DNA of 64,000 nucleotides from a virus. The stretch covers positions 1 through 64,000 of IMG/VR virus record IMGVR_UViG_3300032675_001827. One strand, 5' to 3'. Within the stretch, counting starts at the first letter, position 1. Each line of letters opens with the position of its first letter. The notes below the pieces were generated by a model. The model did not search any database, was not told where the DNA came from, and saw only the letters and a program-made list of their open reading frames with translations. This document shows positions 21,834 to 30,951 of the stretch, piece by piece. A program made the position numbers and the translations under genes.

Positions 21834-22057
21834 TTACAATTTCAAACGATCGACCGGATTGGTGTCACATCTCTGTTACTGACACATAGGGCGGCAAGAA
21901 TATTCATGTGACATGGAGTTTGGAACTTGAACAAATAATTCAATGGGCTAAAAAGAAAATGCAGTATGAAAAACAGGAAATAGCTGTGCGAGAAAATAAC
22001 CCTGCACTGAATGATGCGTGGGAAACCTATCAAACGCTCTATAAATTGATTAGGTAA
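21830..22057 (+). CDS. Small protein with in-frame TAG at 21887-21889
   Basis: ATGA overlap; ...TDT*GGK...NPALNDAWETYQ, motif shared with the 7193 ORF. Confidence 0.55.
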
Positions 22058-22129
22058 AAATAACATACCTGCCTGGTATTGCATTTTATGTTGCAATGCA
22101 GCATAAATAATCTACTAGGGAGACTAGGT

Positions 22130-22231
22130 ATGTTAAAGAAATGGTTCAAATGTTTTATCACTGCGGTTATCACAGCACAACAAGCCAGAGCCGATAAGGT
22201 GATACAAGAAGGACGCCTTTTTGTTTTTTAG
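22130..22231 (+). CDS. 33-aa small protein
   Basis: GGGAG RBS; TAAATA 22104-22109; MLKKWFKCFITAVITAQQARADKVIQEGRLFVF. Confidence 0.5.
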   Translation: MLKKWFKCFITAVITAQQARADKVIQEGRLFVF

Positions 22232-22296
22232 ATTTTGATTGACCTTGTGTATTACTGTGCTATATTGACTGCATAGACAACATACACAAGGATGTA

Positions 22297-24438
22297 ATGA
22301 TGAAGATTAACGCGACAGAAACGGCAATTGTCGAGCGCAATGGTATTGCATCTGATGGTGCATTTACTATTCAGTTCAATGCCAAAATGGCTAAGATCCT
22401 CAGCGATGGTCTTTACAGCGATAAAATTCAAAGCATCATTCGCGAACTTACCTGCAATGCTATTGACAGTCATGTTGAAGCCGGCAAGGCAGATGAACCA
22501 ATCGAAGTCCATCTTCCTACCATTTTTGAACCATGGTTTTATGTGCGAGATTTTGGCGTAGGACTTGATCACGAGCAGGTGATTAAGATTTATACCTGCT
22601 ATGGAGCATCTACAAAAACAAATTCAAATGAATTTATTGGACAGCTTGGGCTAGGCAGCAAGAGTCCGTTCTCATATGTAGATGCCTTTGACGTTACAGC
22701 ACGTAAAAACGGCATTGAACGGCAGTATTCAATGTATAAAAATGAAGAGGGCATGCCTAGCGTTGCTCTTTTGCACGAATCTTCTACAACAGAACCCAAC
22801 GGCATTACTGTCAAAATGCCTGTCATTAATGGGGATTACAACCGATTTATTGACAAAGCCAGGCAGGTATTTCGCTGGCTGTCAGTTAAGCCTCTTGTAA
22901 CAGGTGTTAGTGAGTTTTCTGTTATGCCTGTTGAAAACATGTGGGAAGGTGATGGGTGGGCTGTTCGTCGCAAGAGTATTGACAGCTACTACAATTCAAG
23001 TGCTAATTTTGCTGTTGCACTTATGGGAAAAGTTGCATACCCTATTGCAAGTAATAGTATTTCAAATCTAACCGATGTGCAGCGAGCTGCGTTGTCGTTA
23101 CCTATCACGTTGACGTTTGATATTGGCGAACTTGACGTGGCCGCCAGTCGTGAAGCACTTGGCTATAATGCCTATACTCAACAAAATATCAAAAACAAGC
23201 TTGATGTAGTGGTGCGCGAGATTGGTAAGGTATTTGAGGAAAAGGTTTCTAACGCCAAAACTGAATGGGAGGCACGAGAGCTCTTTGGAAGGATTTTTGA
23301 TCGAAGCACTGGCTTTCGTCATGAACTGGAAACAATTTATGGCAAACAAGGTCTAAATTGGCGAGGAATCGTAATTAAAAACAATTATATCGAACTTGAT
23401 ACCAGTGAGCTATGGGATAAAAGTATTACTCCCGGAGTATACAGTTTTCTTGGTGGTTACAAGAACCTGCGACAGTTCACCTATCATGATAAAATTGCTT
23501 TTCGGTGTTCCAGCCAGATTCGGATTGTATTTGATGACATGCCTGTTGGCGGCAAAAACCGCATGAAATATTTGCGTGAATGTGTAGGCCCTGATCCGGA
23601 TATCTTCTATTTGGAACCAAGCCCGCTCAAAACTGTTGAAGAAGTCGCTGCAATGCTTGGTAATGCACCTTACACGTTTACCAGTATGCTTCCTAAGAAG
23701 CCGGCTGAAAAGCGGGAACGTGTGCACATGCTGCGGTTTACTGGTTATGATAAAGCAAAGAAGGCTTGGGCGCCCGTTGATATTGAAATTGATGACGGCG
23801 GATTTTATGTGCAACTGTCACATTACGATGTGATGGACGGTGAGCAGGTTCATAGCAATTTTGAGAGCACAATTCAATGGGCACAAAAATGCGGAATTAT
23901 CTCAAGCGATACTGTCATTTATGCTCCTCGATATGGATTGAAGAATAAAGTTGCTGAACACGACGATTGGGTTGAATTTTTTGGCTGGTTGCGTAATCAA
24001 ATCACGCAGAAGCTCAGTGTAAAAGTTGCACAAATCGCCGCAGACAGTCATGAATATAGGCAATTTACCGCAAATATGCGTGACAAAACGCTTTGGCAGT
24101 CGCATATGCAACTTGTCACAGCCAACAGCCTGTTTGCCAGGTTTAGATCAGCAATGATGCTGCTTGAAGCGAAACATCAACAAGCAGATAAAAACGAAGC
24201 ACTTGTTTCTCTAGCACTACGGTTTGGGCATGATACCAACAAAGTTCCGCCAAGCGAAAATGTCCATCAACTGTGGGAAATGATCAAACAAGTTTATCCT
24301 ATGTTGCCATTGGCACTAGATCGGTATGGCTATTCAGCATATGGCAATAATCAGCACGTTATCAACTATATCAACATGGTTGATAAAATGACTGAAGTTT
24401 CTATAGAAACAGCAGTGTCAGACGTAATTAACGCTTGA
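22297..24438 (+). CDS. rIIA: RIIA-like protein (N-terminal GHKL ATPase)
   Basis: LYSDKI..IRELTCNAIDSH, RDFGVGL, GLGSKSPF, SREAL; followed by rIIB. Confidence 0.92.
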   Translation: MMKINATETAIVERNGIASDGAFTIQFNAKMAKILSDGLYSDKIQSIIRELTCNAIDSHVEAGKADEPIEVHLPTIFEPWFYVRDFGVGLDHEQVIKIYTCYGASTKTNSNEFIGQLGLGSKSPFSYVDAFDVTARKNGIERQYSMYKNEEGMPSVALLHESSTTEPNGITVKMPVINGDYNRFIDKARQVFRWLSVKPLVTGVSEFSVMPVENMWEGDGWAVRRKSIDSYYNSSANFAVALMGKVAYPIASNSISNLTDVQRAALSLPITLTFDIGELDVAASREALGYNAYTQQNIKNKLDVVVREIGKVFEEKVSNAKTEWEARELFGRIFDRSTGFRHELETIYGKQGLNWRGIVIKNNYIELDTSELWDKSITPGVYSFLGGYKNLRQFTYHDKIAFRCSSQIRIVFDDMPVGGKNRMKYLRECVGPDPDIFYLEPSPLKTVEEVAAMLGNAPYTFTSMLPKKPAEKRERVHMLRFTGYDKAKKAWAPVDIEIDDGGFYVQLSHYDVMDGEQVHSNFESTIQWAQKCGIISSDTVIYAPRYGLKNKVAEHDDWVEFFGWLRNQITQKLSVKVAQIAADSHEYRQFTANMRDKTLWQSHMQLVTANSLFARFRSAMMLLEAKHQQADKNEALVSLALRFGHDTNKVPPSENVHQLWEMIKQVYPMLPLALDRYGYSAYGNNQHVINYINMVDKMTEVSIETAVSDVINA

Positions 24439-24462
24439 CATTAACATAAACACTGCTACACT
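24435..24462 (+). promoter_or_regulatory. Sigma70-type promoter for rIIB
   Basis: TTGACA-16-TACACT. Confidence 0.55.
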
Positions 24463-24497
24463 TACAACGCAACAACAGCTCAAAGGAGAGCAACACA

Positions 24498-25661
24498 ATG
24501 ACAATTACTGCAAGTATCGTTGGGCCTACGTTTGTTACCGTCATGGTAAACGGACAAACCCATACTATCAATTCAGATCATGCGAATTACAATAAAATTC
24601 GTGAAGCACTGAAAACCAAAGATCTTGATTTGGTTGAAAAGCTTATTAACGTAGCGAAGGCTGTAACAAAATACGTAGCTGGGCGAGTTACTGTAGTCGG
24701 CGATAAGGTCATGTACGGCGACCATGAAGTCAAAGGCAGTGTTGTGCAGCGCATCATTGCCATGCTAAATGAAGGATTTGATGCAGAGCCAGTTATCAAG
24801 TTTCTTGAAAATCTCATGTCTAATCCATCTAAGCGTGCAGTTGACGAGCTTTACGGCTTCCTAGAAGCAACATCACTGCCTATTACCGAAGATGGTTGTT
24901 TCCTTGCTTACAAGAAGGTAAACAATGATTACATGGATTTCTATACCAGGCGTATTAGCAACAAGCTAGCAAGTCTTATGTCTCCACAAGAGCTTGCTGC
25001 ACTACCAGTTACTGTGGGCAATGTCACTACTGAAGTTGTAAATGGTGTAACCACACTAAGTATGCCTCGCAATCAAGTGGATGACGAGCGTGATCGCACT
25101 TGCTCATATGGTCTGCATTTTTGCAGTCTTTCATATTTGCCACATTATCACGGTGGTGCCGGCTGTGTTCTAATTGTAAAAATTAATCCAGCGGATGTTG
25201 TTAGTATTCCATCGGATTACAACAATGCAAAAGGACGCACATGTCGCTATGAAGTAATCGGTGAACATACTTCAGAATACTCCGAAGCCTGGACAAAGCC
25301 AGTATGGGTAGATTCAACTGATGATCTTGACGATGACATCGGTGAAGATGAAGATGATCAGTTTGATAATGGATATGATGCTGGCCAGTTAGCTGCTGAA
25401 AATGCAAGTAATGCTCTCAGCGCATATGACGCTACACCTCCTTCTGGTAGTTCTACAAGTTTTGTAAGGGGTTACGTAGAAGGCTATGCCGGTAATTATC
25501 GTGTTGACTGGTATGATGTTGGTTATGCAGCAGGTCAAGACGATGTAAATGATTCTAACAGTTACGAAGATTTGGTACCAGCTGCATGCGATGACTCAAA
25601 TCAGTATCGCGAAGGCTATGCAGATGGCTGGCGTGATGCTAAAGTTGAAAAACTAGGTTGA
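24498..25661 (+). CDS. rIIB: RIIB-like protein with acidic YxxGY-repeat tail
   Basis: NPSKRAVDELYGFL, ITEDGCFLAYK, CSYGLH, VKINPADVVSIP, KGRTCRYEV. Confidence 0.92.
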   Translation: MTITASIVGPTFVTVMVNGQTHTINSDHANYNKIREALKTKDLDLVEKLINVAKAVTKYVAGRVTVVGDKVMYGDHEVKGSVVQRIIAMLNEGFDAEPVIKFLENLMSNPSKRAVDELYGFLEATSLPITEDGCFLAYKKVNNDYMDFYTRRISNKLASLMSPQELAALPVTVGNVTTEVVNGVTTLSMPRNQVDDERDRTCSYGLHFCSLSYLPHYHGGAGCVLIVKINPADVVSIPSDYNNAKGRTCRYEVIGEHTSEYSEAWTKPVWVDSTDDLDDDIGEDEDDQFDNGYDAGQLAAENASNALSAYDATPPSGSSTSFVRGYVEGYAGNYRVDWYDVGYAAGQDDVNDSNSYEDLVPAACDDSNQYREGYADGWRDAKVEKLG

Positions 25662-25669
25662 TCCAAGCA

Positions 25670-25708
25670 ACTGGCATGTCAGACAAAAAACTAATCTGGC
25701 ATGCCAGT
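25670..25708. other. Inverted repeat between rIIB and lpxC
   Basis: actggcatgtcaga...tctggcatgccagt. Confidence 0.7.
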
Positions 25709-25711
25709 ACA

Positions 25712-26572
25712 ATGGTTACTAGACAACAAACTATTAAAAATCCAATATGGTGTTGCGGCAACGGGTTGCATTCTGGAGAGAATACTAGAGTGCAACTTTG
25801 TCCTGCTAAAGAAAATACAGGAATTGTGTTCCATGTTATGGAACATCATGATATCAAAGGAATAATTCCTGCTAGTATTTCATCTATAAAATCTGGACAG
25901 TTTAGAACTGTTTTACAGAATGGCAACCATTCAGTACAAACTACCGAACACTTGCTTGCAGCAATTTCTGCTTTTGGAATTTCAAATTTAATAATCGAAG
26001 TATGGGGTAATGAAATACCCATACACAACGGAAGTGCCAATGCATGGACATTGCTTATCGAAATGGCAGGAATTGTTGAGCAACAGGAAATAGTTCCAAA
26101 AATTCGTATATTGAGGACCATTGAAGTAGATGATAAAAATGGATGGTGTAAATTTATACCTTATCCACATTTTGAAATTGAATATCATTTGAACTACACT
26201 TGTCAGCCAATTGGTGTTCAACACTTTAAAATTGTACCGAACAAAAAGAATTTTGTAGAACAAATAGCAGATGCGAAAACGTTTGGACTGCTATCAGATT
26301 ATCATATCCTACTTGAAAAAAATCTAAGTAACGGTTCTAATCTGCAAAATACTTTGGTATTTACGGAGACAGGACTATTAAATCCACATATGTCTAAATG
26401 GGATAACGAACCTGTGCGACATAAAATACTAGATGCTATAGGTGACCTTTCGTTAATTGGAAAACCAGTAATTGGAAAATTTATAGGACATCAAAGCGGG
26501 CATTGTTTAAATTTAAGATTAGCTGAAAAATTGATCAACAGTAGTTCAAATTGGATGTTGGAAGACTGTTAA
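25712..26572 (+). CDS. lpxC: UDP-3-O-acyl-N-acetylglucosamine deacetylase
   Basis: QQTI..GNGLHSG, TTEHLLAA, EIPIHNGSA, KTFG, EPVRHKILDAIGDL, SGH. Confidence 0.9.
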   Translation: MVTRQQTIKNPIWCCGNGLHSGENTRVQLCPAKENTGIVFHVMEHHDIKGIIPASISSIKSGQFRTVLQNGNHSVQTTEHLLAAISAFGISNLIIEVWGNEIPIHNGSANAWTLLIEMAGIVEQQEIVPKIRILRTIEVDDKNGWCKFIPYPHFEIEYHLNYTCQPIGVQHFKIVPNKKNFVEQIADAKTFGLLSDYHILLEKNLSNGSNLQNTLVFTETGLLNPHMSKWDNEPVRHKILDAIGDLSLIGKPVIGKFIGHQSGHCLNLRLAEKLINSSSNWMLEDC

Positions 26573-26583
26573 ATAATTGCGCT

Positions 26584-27150
26584 ATGACTCCTCATCCTGA
26601 TTATTGTTATAAAACCAATATAAACATAGACAACGCTTTTAAACCAGATTGGGTTCTGCCTGGTGCCGGTAATGTCAACGGAGTTTGGACATTTAATGCG
26701 CAGCAAATATTTCAATCAGAATGGCTGGACTATATGAAAAATATAGGGTATCCGGTTGAGTTTGTTCTTGTGTTTTATAGACCAGCTGGCTTTCAACATG
26801 CAAGTGCGCATGTAGACATTACTGACAAACAAGTTGAAGTAGCTGCATTAAACTGGATCATTGGCGGTAGAGATAGTGTAATGAAATGGTACCGTGGTGA
26901 TCAGAAAGATTATGAACTAAGATACACTGAAAACCGTATACCATTTGTTTATATACCTTTTGATAGAATTACTGAGCAGCACAGCACTAATATAAATGGT
27001 GTAGTAAGTTTAGTACGTGTCGACGTTCCCCACGCAATTTTTTTAGATCATGAACCACGTTGGTGTATTAGTCTAAGAAATACGCAGCCACGTAGTTCAT
27101 GGGAAGAAACTGTAGAATTTTTCAAAATACTAAATTTATTAGTGGACTAA
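26584..27150 (+). CDS. Putative cupin/2OG-Fe(II)-like protein
   Basis: AHVD, ALNW, LVRVDVPH, RWCISLR. Confidence 0.55.
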   Translation: MTPHPDYCYKTNINIDNAFKPDWVLPGAGNVNGVWTFNAQQIFQSEWLDYMKNIGYPVEFVLVFYRPAGFQHASAHVDITDKQVEVAALNWIIGGRDSVMKWYRGDQKDYELRYTENRIPFVYIPFDRITEQHSTNINGVVSLVRVDVPHAIFLDHEPRWCISLRNTQPRSSWEETVEFFKILNLLVD

Positions 27151-27209
27151 TTTGATTTTATCTCCTTGATAATTTTATAATTAATAATGTAAGATTACAA
27201 GGATTTAGA

Positions 27210-27923
27210 ATGAATATTGATCAACGTCAATTAGACTACTTGCGCACATTACGTATACATTTTTGCATACCTTGTTATGGCGGTATGCTAAATGAATGTT
27301 TTTTTATTAGCATGCTAAAGTTCATGGCAGCAGCTAATCAATTGCATTTACAATTTACAATTGACACAATGGTCAATGAAAGCCTAATTCCCCGAGGGCG
27401 TAATAGTTTGGTAGCTAAATTTCTAGCATTTGAACCAAAAAGCACCCACCTTATGTTTATTGATAGCGATATCGGGTTTGAGCCAGAAGAAGTGATAAAA
27501 CTAATGTTAGCTCAGAAAGATGTTGCTGGAGGACTTTATCCAAAAAAGGCTCTTCCGGTGCAGTATGTGGTGAACAAAATTCCAAACAGTTCAAAAGAAG
27601 GCAATTTAGTTGAAGTTGCTAATCTTGGTACAGGATTTATGTTAATTAAACGTGAAGTTATTGAAACACTAATTCGTGCAAAACCAGAACTACATTATCA
27701 AGATGCGATTGGTCTTGACGAAAAATATTCACCTTATAAATATGCTTTGTTCGATACTCTTATCGATCCTGTAACAAAGGAGTATTTAAGTGAAGACTAT
27801 TATTTCTGTAAATTGTGGAGAGAGATGGGAGGAAAAATCTGGGCAGATCTTACCATCAAACTTGATCACGCAGGATACTACAAGTTCGGAGGAGATGCAA
27901 CACAACTTGCTCCTCACCTGTGA
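27210..27923 (+). CDS. GT-A fold glycosyltransferase-like protein
   Basis: ESLIPRGRN, THLMFIDSD, GTGFMLIKR, YLSEDYYFC. Confidence 0.8.
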   Translation: MNIDQRQLDYLRTLRIHFCIPCYGGMLNECFFISMLKFMAAANQLHLQFTIDTMVNESLIPRGRNSLVAKFLAFEPKSTHLMFIDSDIGFEPEEVIKLMLAQKDVAGGLYPKKALPVQYVVNKIPNSSKEGNLVEVANLGTGFMLIKREVIETLIRAKPELHYQDAIGLDEKYSPYKYALFDTLIDPVTKEYLSEDYYFCKLWREMGGKIWADLTIKLDHAGYYKFGGDATQLAPHL

Positions 27924-29784
27924 TTGTATTAATTGGGTAATATCAGAAAATACAAAACTAAGAGTATCATATGATAATTTGAAGAATGGTCCGTTTGGAC
28001 CATTCTTCAAATACCTTTCTGATTTACTACATACCACAGAACCTAGACAGTTGATGTGGCATGTTATACACGAAAACATTGCCCCCGCATTATGTAAGTG
28101 TGGTTCCCCACGTAAATGGGTTAAAAACAATAATGATTATAGATATACCTGTGGCCCAAAATGTGCAGGCGCTGAGAAATCTAAAAAGAAACCTAGAAAA
28201 CCTAAATTTCTAAAAGGATTGTATTATAACGATCCAGATCGACTTGCAGCAGCTTTGAAAAAACGTCAGGAAAATAGTTTAGAAAAATATGGCACCGATT
28301 GTCCAACAAGCCGGACCGAAGTGTATGAAAAAAGAAAAAAGACAAATCTAGAAAGATATGGAGTAGAGCATCCATTTCAAAATTTAGAAGTGCAGACTAA
28401 GGCTGCAACCACTTTTAAAGAAAATCACAAAAAGGGCAGTGAAAATCATACCAATCTTATAGATAAACGAACAAAAACCAGTATTAAACGATATGGCACT
28501 GAACATCCTATGCAATCTGATCTGATAAAGGATAAGCAACATGCAACTATGATAGATTTATATGGCAATTCGCATGCACTATTAGTACCAGAATTGAATA
28601 ATAAACGTAAAAGGACAAATTTAGAAAAATTTGGTTGTGAAGAAGCTATCGCATCATCAGCAGTTAGACAGAGTATTTCGACTTCTAATCAAGCCAAATA
28701 TGGTGTTGATAATTGGACGCAAACTTTATATTCCGATTATACAAAAGAAATATTGTTTGATCCTTCAAAATTTGAAATAACATTGTCAGGAAAAACATTA
28801 GATGAATCGCGAGATTTATTACAGGTATCGTTACGAACAATATTAAATTTTGCATCGAAATACAGTCTTAGACATATATTCTCTAGAGTTAAAACAACAT
28901 TAATAGAAGCTAAAATAGACAATCTACTATTTGAACATCTCGGAAATACCGGATATATACGAAACAGTAAATCAATAATTCCGCCAAAAGAATTAGACTT
29001 CTATATAGACCGTTATAAATTAGCAATTGAAGTCAATAGATTATACTGGCACAGTGAACTAGGTGGTGCATCACGTGATAGAAATTATCATATAAATAAA
29101 TGGAAGATTTGCAACGAAAAAAATATCACACTATTACAGTTCAATAGTATCGACATCGAGAATAACTGGCATATTGTAGAATCAAAAATAAAAAGGCATA
29201 TTGGTGTACCAATACAAGTAATAGGTGCAAGAAAACTATCTATACAAGTATTGTCTGATACTAAAATTGAACGAGAATTCTTAAATCAATGGCACCTACA
29301 AGGTGCAACAACTAATCGCAATTTCATCATCGGAGCATATTATGAGAACAATTTAATTGGAATCAGTACATGGAAATATATTGGTAATAAAGCAGAGTTA
29401 GTTAGATTTGCTACAAATATAAATTTCAGTTTTCCAGGTCTACTTTCAAGAATGATTAAACGATTTATTCAAGAAACAGGATTTTTTGGAAAACTATTGA
29501 GTTATTCTAGTAATAATCACGGTGATGGCAAGGTTTATAGAGCGTGTGGATTTACATGTGACGGTAATACTGCTCCAGGATATCTTTATACATGTGACTA
29601 TCTACATCTAGAATCAAGAGTTAAATATCAAAAACACAAATTGCAAAAAATGTTTAATTTGACTGACGAGCAGATTAAAATGAAATCTGAATGGGAAATT
29701 ATGCAAGAGCAAGGTTACGATAGAATTTGGGATTCAGGAAACACCAGATGGGTGAAAATAGTAGGATGTGGTGATGCGCAGTAG
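27895..29784 (+). CDS. Hef-like homing endonuclease with K(K/R)TNLEKYG repeats (start uncertain)
   Basis: Repeated KKTNLERYGVEHP units; ELDFYI..LAIEVN.LYWHSE; ARKL, HLQG, ELVRFA, RIWDSG. Confidence 0.75.
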   Translation: MQHNLLLTCDCINWVISENTKLRVSYDNLKNGPFGPFFKYLSDLLHTTEPRQLMWHVIHENIAPALCKCGSPRKWVKNNNDYRYTCGPKCAGAEKSKKKPRKPKFLKGLYYNDPDRLAAALKKRQENSLEKYGTDCPTSRTEVYEKRKKTNLERYGVEHPFQNLEVQTKAATTFKENHKKGSENHTNLIDKRTKTSIKRYGTEHPMQSDLIKDKQHATMIDLYGNSHALLVPELNNKRKRTNLEKFGCEEAIASSAVRQSISTSNQAKYGVDNWTQTLYSDYTKEILFDPSKFEITLSGKTLDESRDLLQVSLRTILNFASKYSLRHIFSRVKTTLIEAKIDNLLFEHLGNTGYIRNSKSIIPPKELDFYIDRYKLAIEVNRLYWHSELGGASRDRNYHINKWKICNEKNITLLQFNSIDIENNWHIVESKIKRHIGVPIQVIGARKLSIQVLSDTKIEREFLNQWHLQGATTNRNFIIGAYYENNLIGISTWKYIGNKAELVRFATNINFSFPGLLSRMIKRFIQETGFFGKLLSYSSNNHGDGKVYRACGFTCDGNTAPGYLYTCDYLHLESRVKYQKHKLQKMFNLTDEQIKMKSEWEIMQEQGYDRIWDSGNTRWVKIVGCGDAQ

Positions 29785-29808
29785 TTTACCTAACCAAGGC
29801 TTTGATCT

Positions 29809-30428
29809 ATGTTTGACTATATTAAAAAATACATTTATGATAACACCACCGTTCATCATCATGACACCATATATTATAACAACAATATTGATGGACATTT
29901 AGTAGTAGCATCAAAAACCGATACAGAATTACTTGGATACGCGGTATGTGTAATAAAAAATAATTTAAAATACACAACTATCCAAAATTATATAGTTCCT
30001 CAAAATCTATATTCCTGGGCAAACGATCATGGAAAAACTGCGTTGTCTATCATTAAATCAGTCATTAATATTTCCAATGTACCAGTCCTTAGTGATCTAG
30101 AGTTAAGTCCTAGTGCCAAAAAATTTTTAGAGCGGTCAATAGATAGTAATCAACTCCGTGCAAAAACATTCAATCTCACAAATGGCGATGTTACTGCGTA
30201 TGACCCTAGTATATGGAAACACGATGATACATATAGAGTTTTGATTATGAATGAACACGGAACGAATCCACATACGAGCAAATTTCCAATCTATGAAGGA
30301 ACATGGAATTGGTCGCAGTTGATGTAATAGAAGGACAAGGCAGTGTTGAATTTAGGAATGGCATTAAAAATATCACTGTAAAACAATTCAAAGCATATTC
30401 GATTGACAAATTTTTCAAAAAACTTTAG
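29809..30428 (+). CDS. Hypothetical protein, apparent frameshift near 30313
   Basis: 172-aa ORF to 30327; shifted frame continues AVDVIEGQGSVEF...FFKKL*. Confidence 0.5.
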
Positions 30429-30460
30429 ATTTAAGATAGTCATTTTTGAAGGAAAATTTA

Positions 30461-30614
30461 ATGTGGTTATTTGAATACGTAGCGTTAGGTACTTGGGGGT
30501 TCTGGGCGATACTTGCAATTATGGATTTTTGAAGAAATCTATGCGTTGTCAGGCCGAGCATTTCAAAAGATAGCTGACAGCGTTTTCAAAGATATTGAAA
30601 TTGGTAATAAATAA
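30461..30614 (+). pseudogene. Remnant of a small membrane-protein gene
   Basis: MWLFEYVALGTWGFWAILAI in one frame and IFEEIYALSGRAFQKIADSVFKD in another. Confidence 0.4.
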
Positions 30615-30632
30615 AATACAGCGGAGATTACT

Positions 30633-30827
30633 ATGGCAAAACCGGCATCTATAACAGTTCAATTAGTGAACGAAGAAAATCCAGAAACTGGCACAAAATA
30701 CCTTGTTAAAAAGAGTACCAAAGGTACTAAATCTGGAAACAAATTGAGATTTCGTAAATACGACCCTGTTCTTAAAAAACATTGTATTTTTATAGAAAAG
30801 CGTCTTCCTAATCCTAAAGCTAAATGA
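30633..30827 (+). CDS. rpmG: 50S ribosomal protein L33 (Zn-free type)
   Basis: MAKP..VQLV...TGTKY..KK...KLRFRKYDPVLKKH..F.E; GGAG RBS; TAAATA 30608-30613. Confidence 0.88.
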   Translation: MAKPASITVQLVNEENPETGTKYLVKKSTKGTKSGNKLRFRKYDPVLKKHCIFIEKRLPNPKAK

Positions 30828-30862
30828 AGAAGTGGTTTACAGAACATAAACCTTTAATTAAA

Positions 30863-30911
30863 AAATGGGGGCTTGTTGCTGTTGTAATTTATACAGCTAA
30901 AGCCCTCATTT
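30863..30911. terminator. Hairpin between convergent genes
   Basis: aaatgggggctt..gctgt / acagc..aagccctcattt. Confidence 0.65.
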
Positions 30912-30951
30912 ATATTTCCATTATAGTTTGGGCATCAATCAAGTTTGTACA

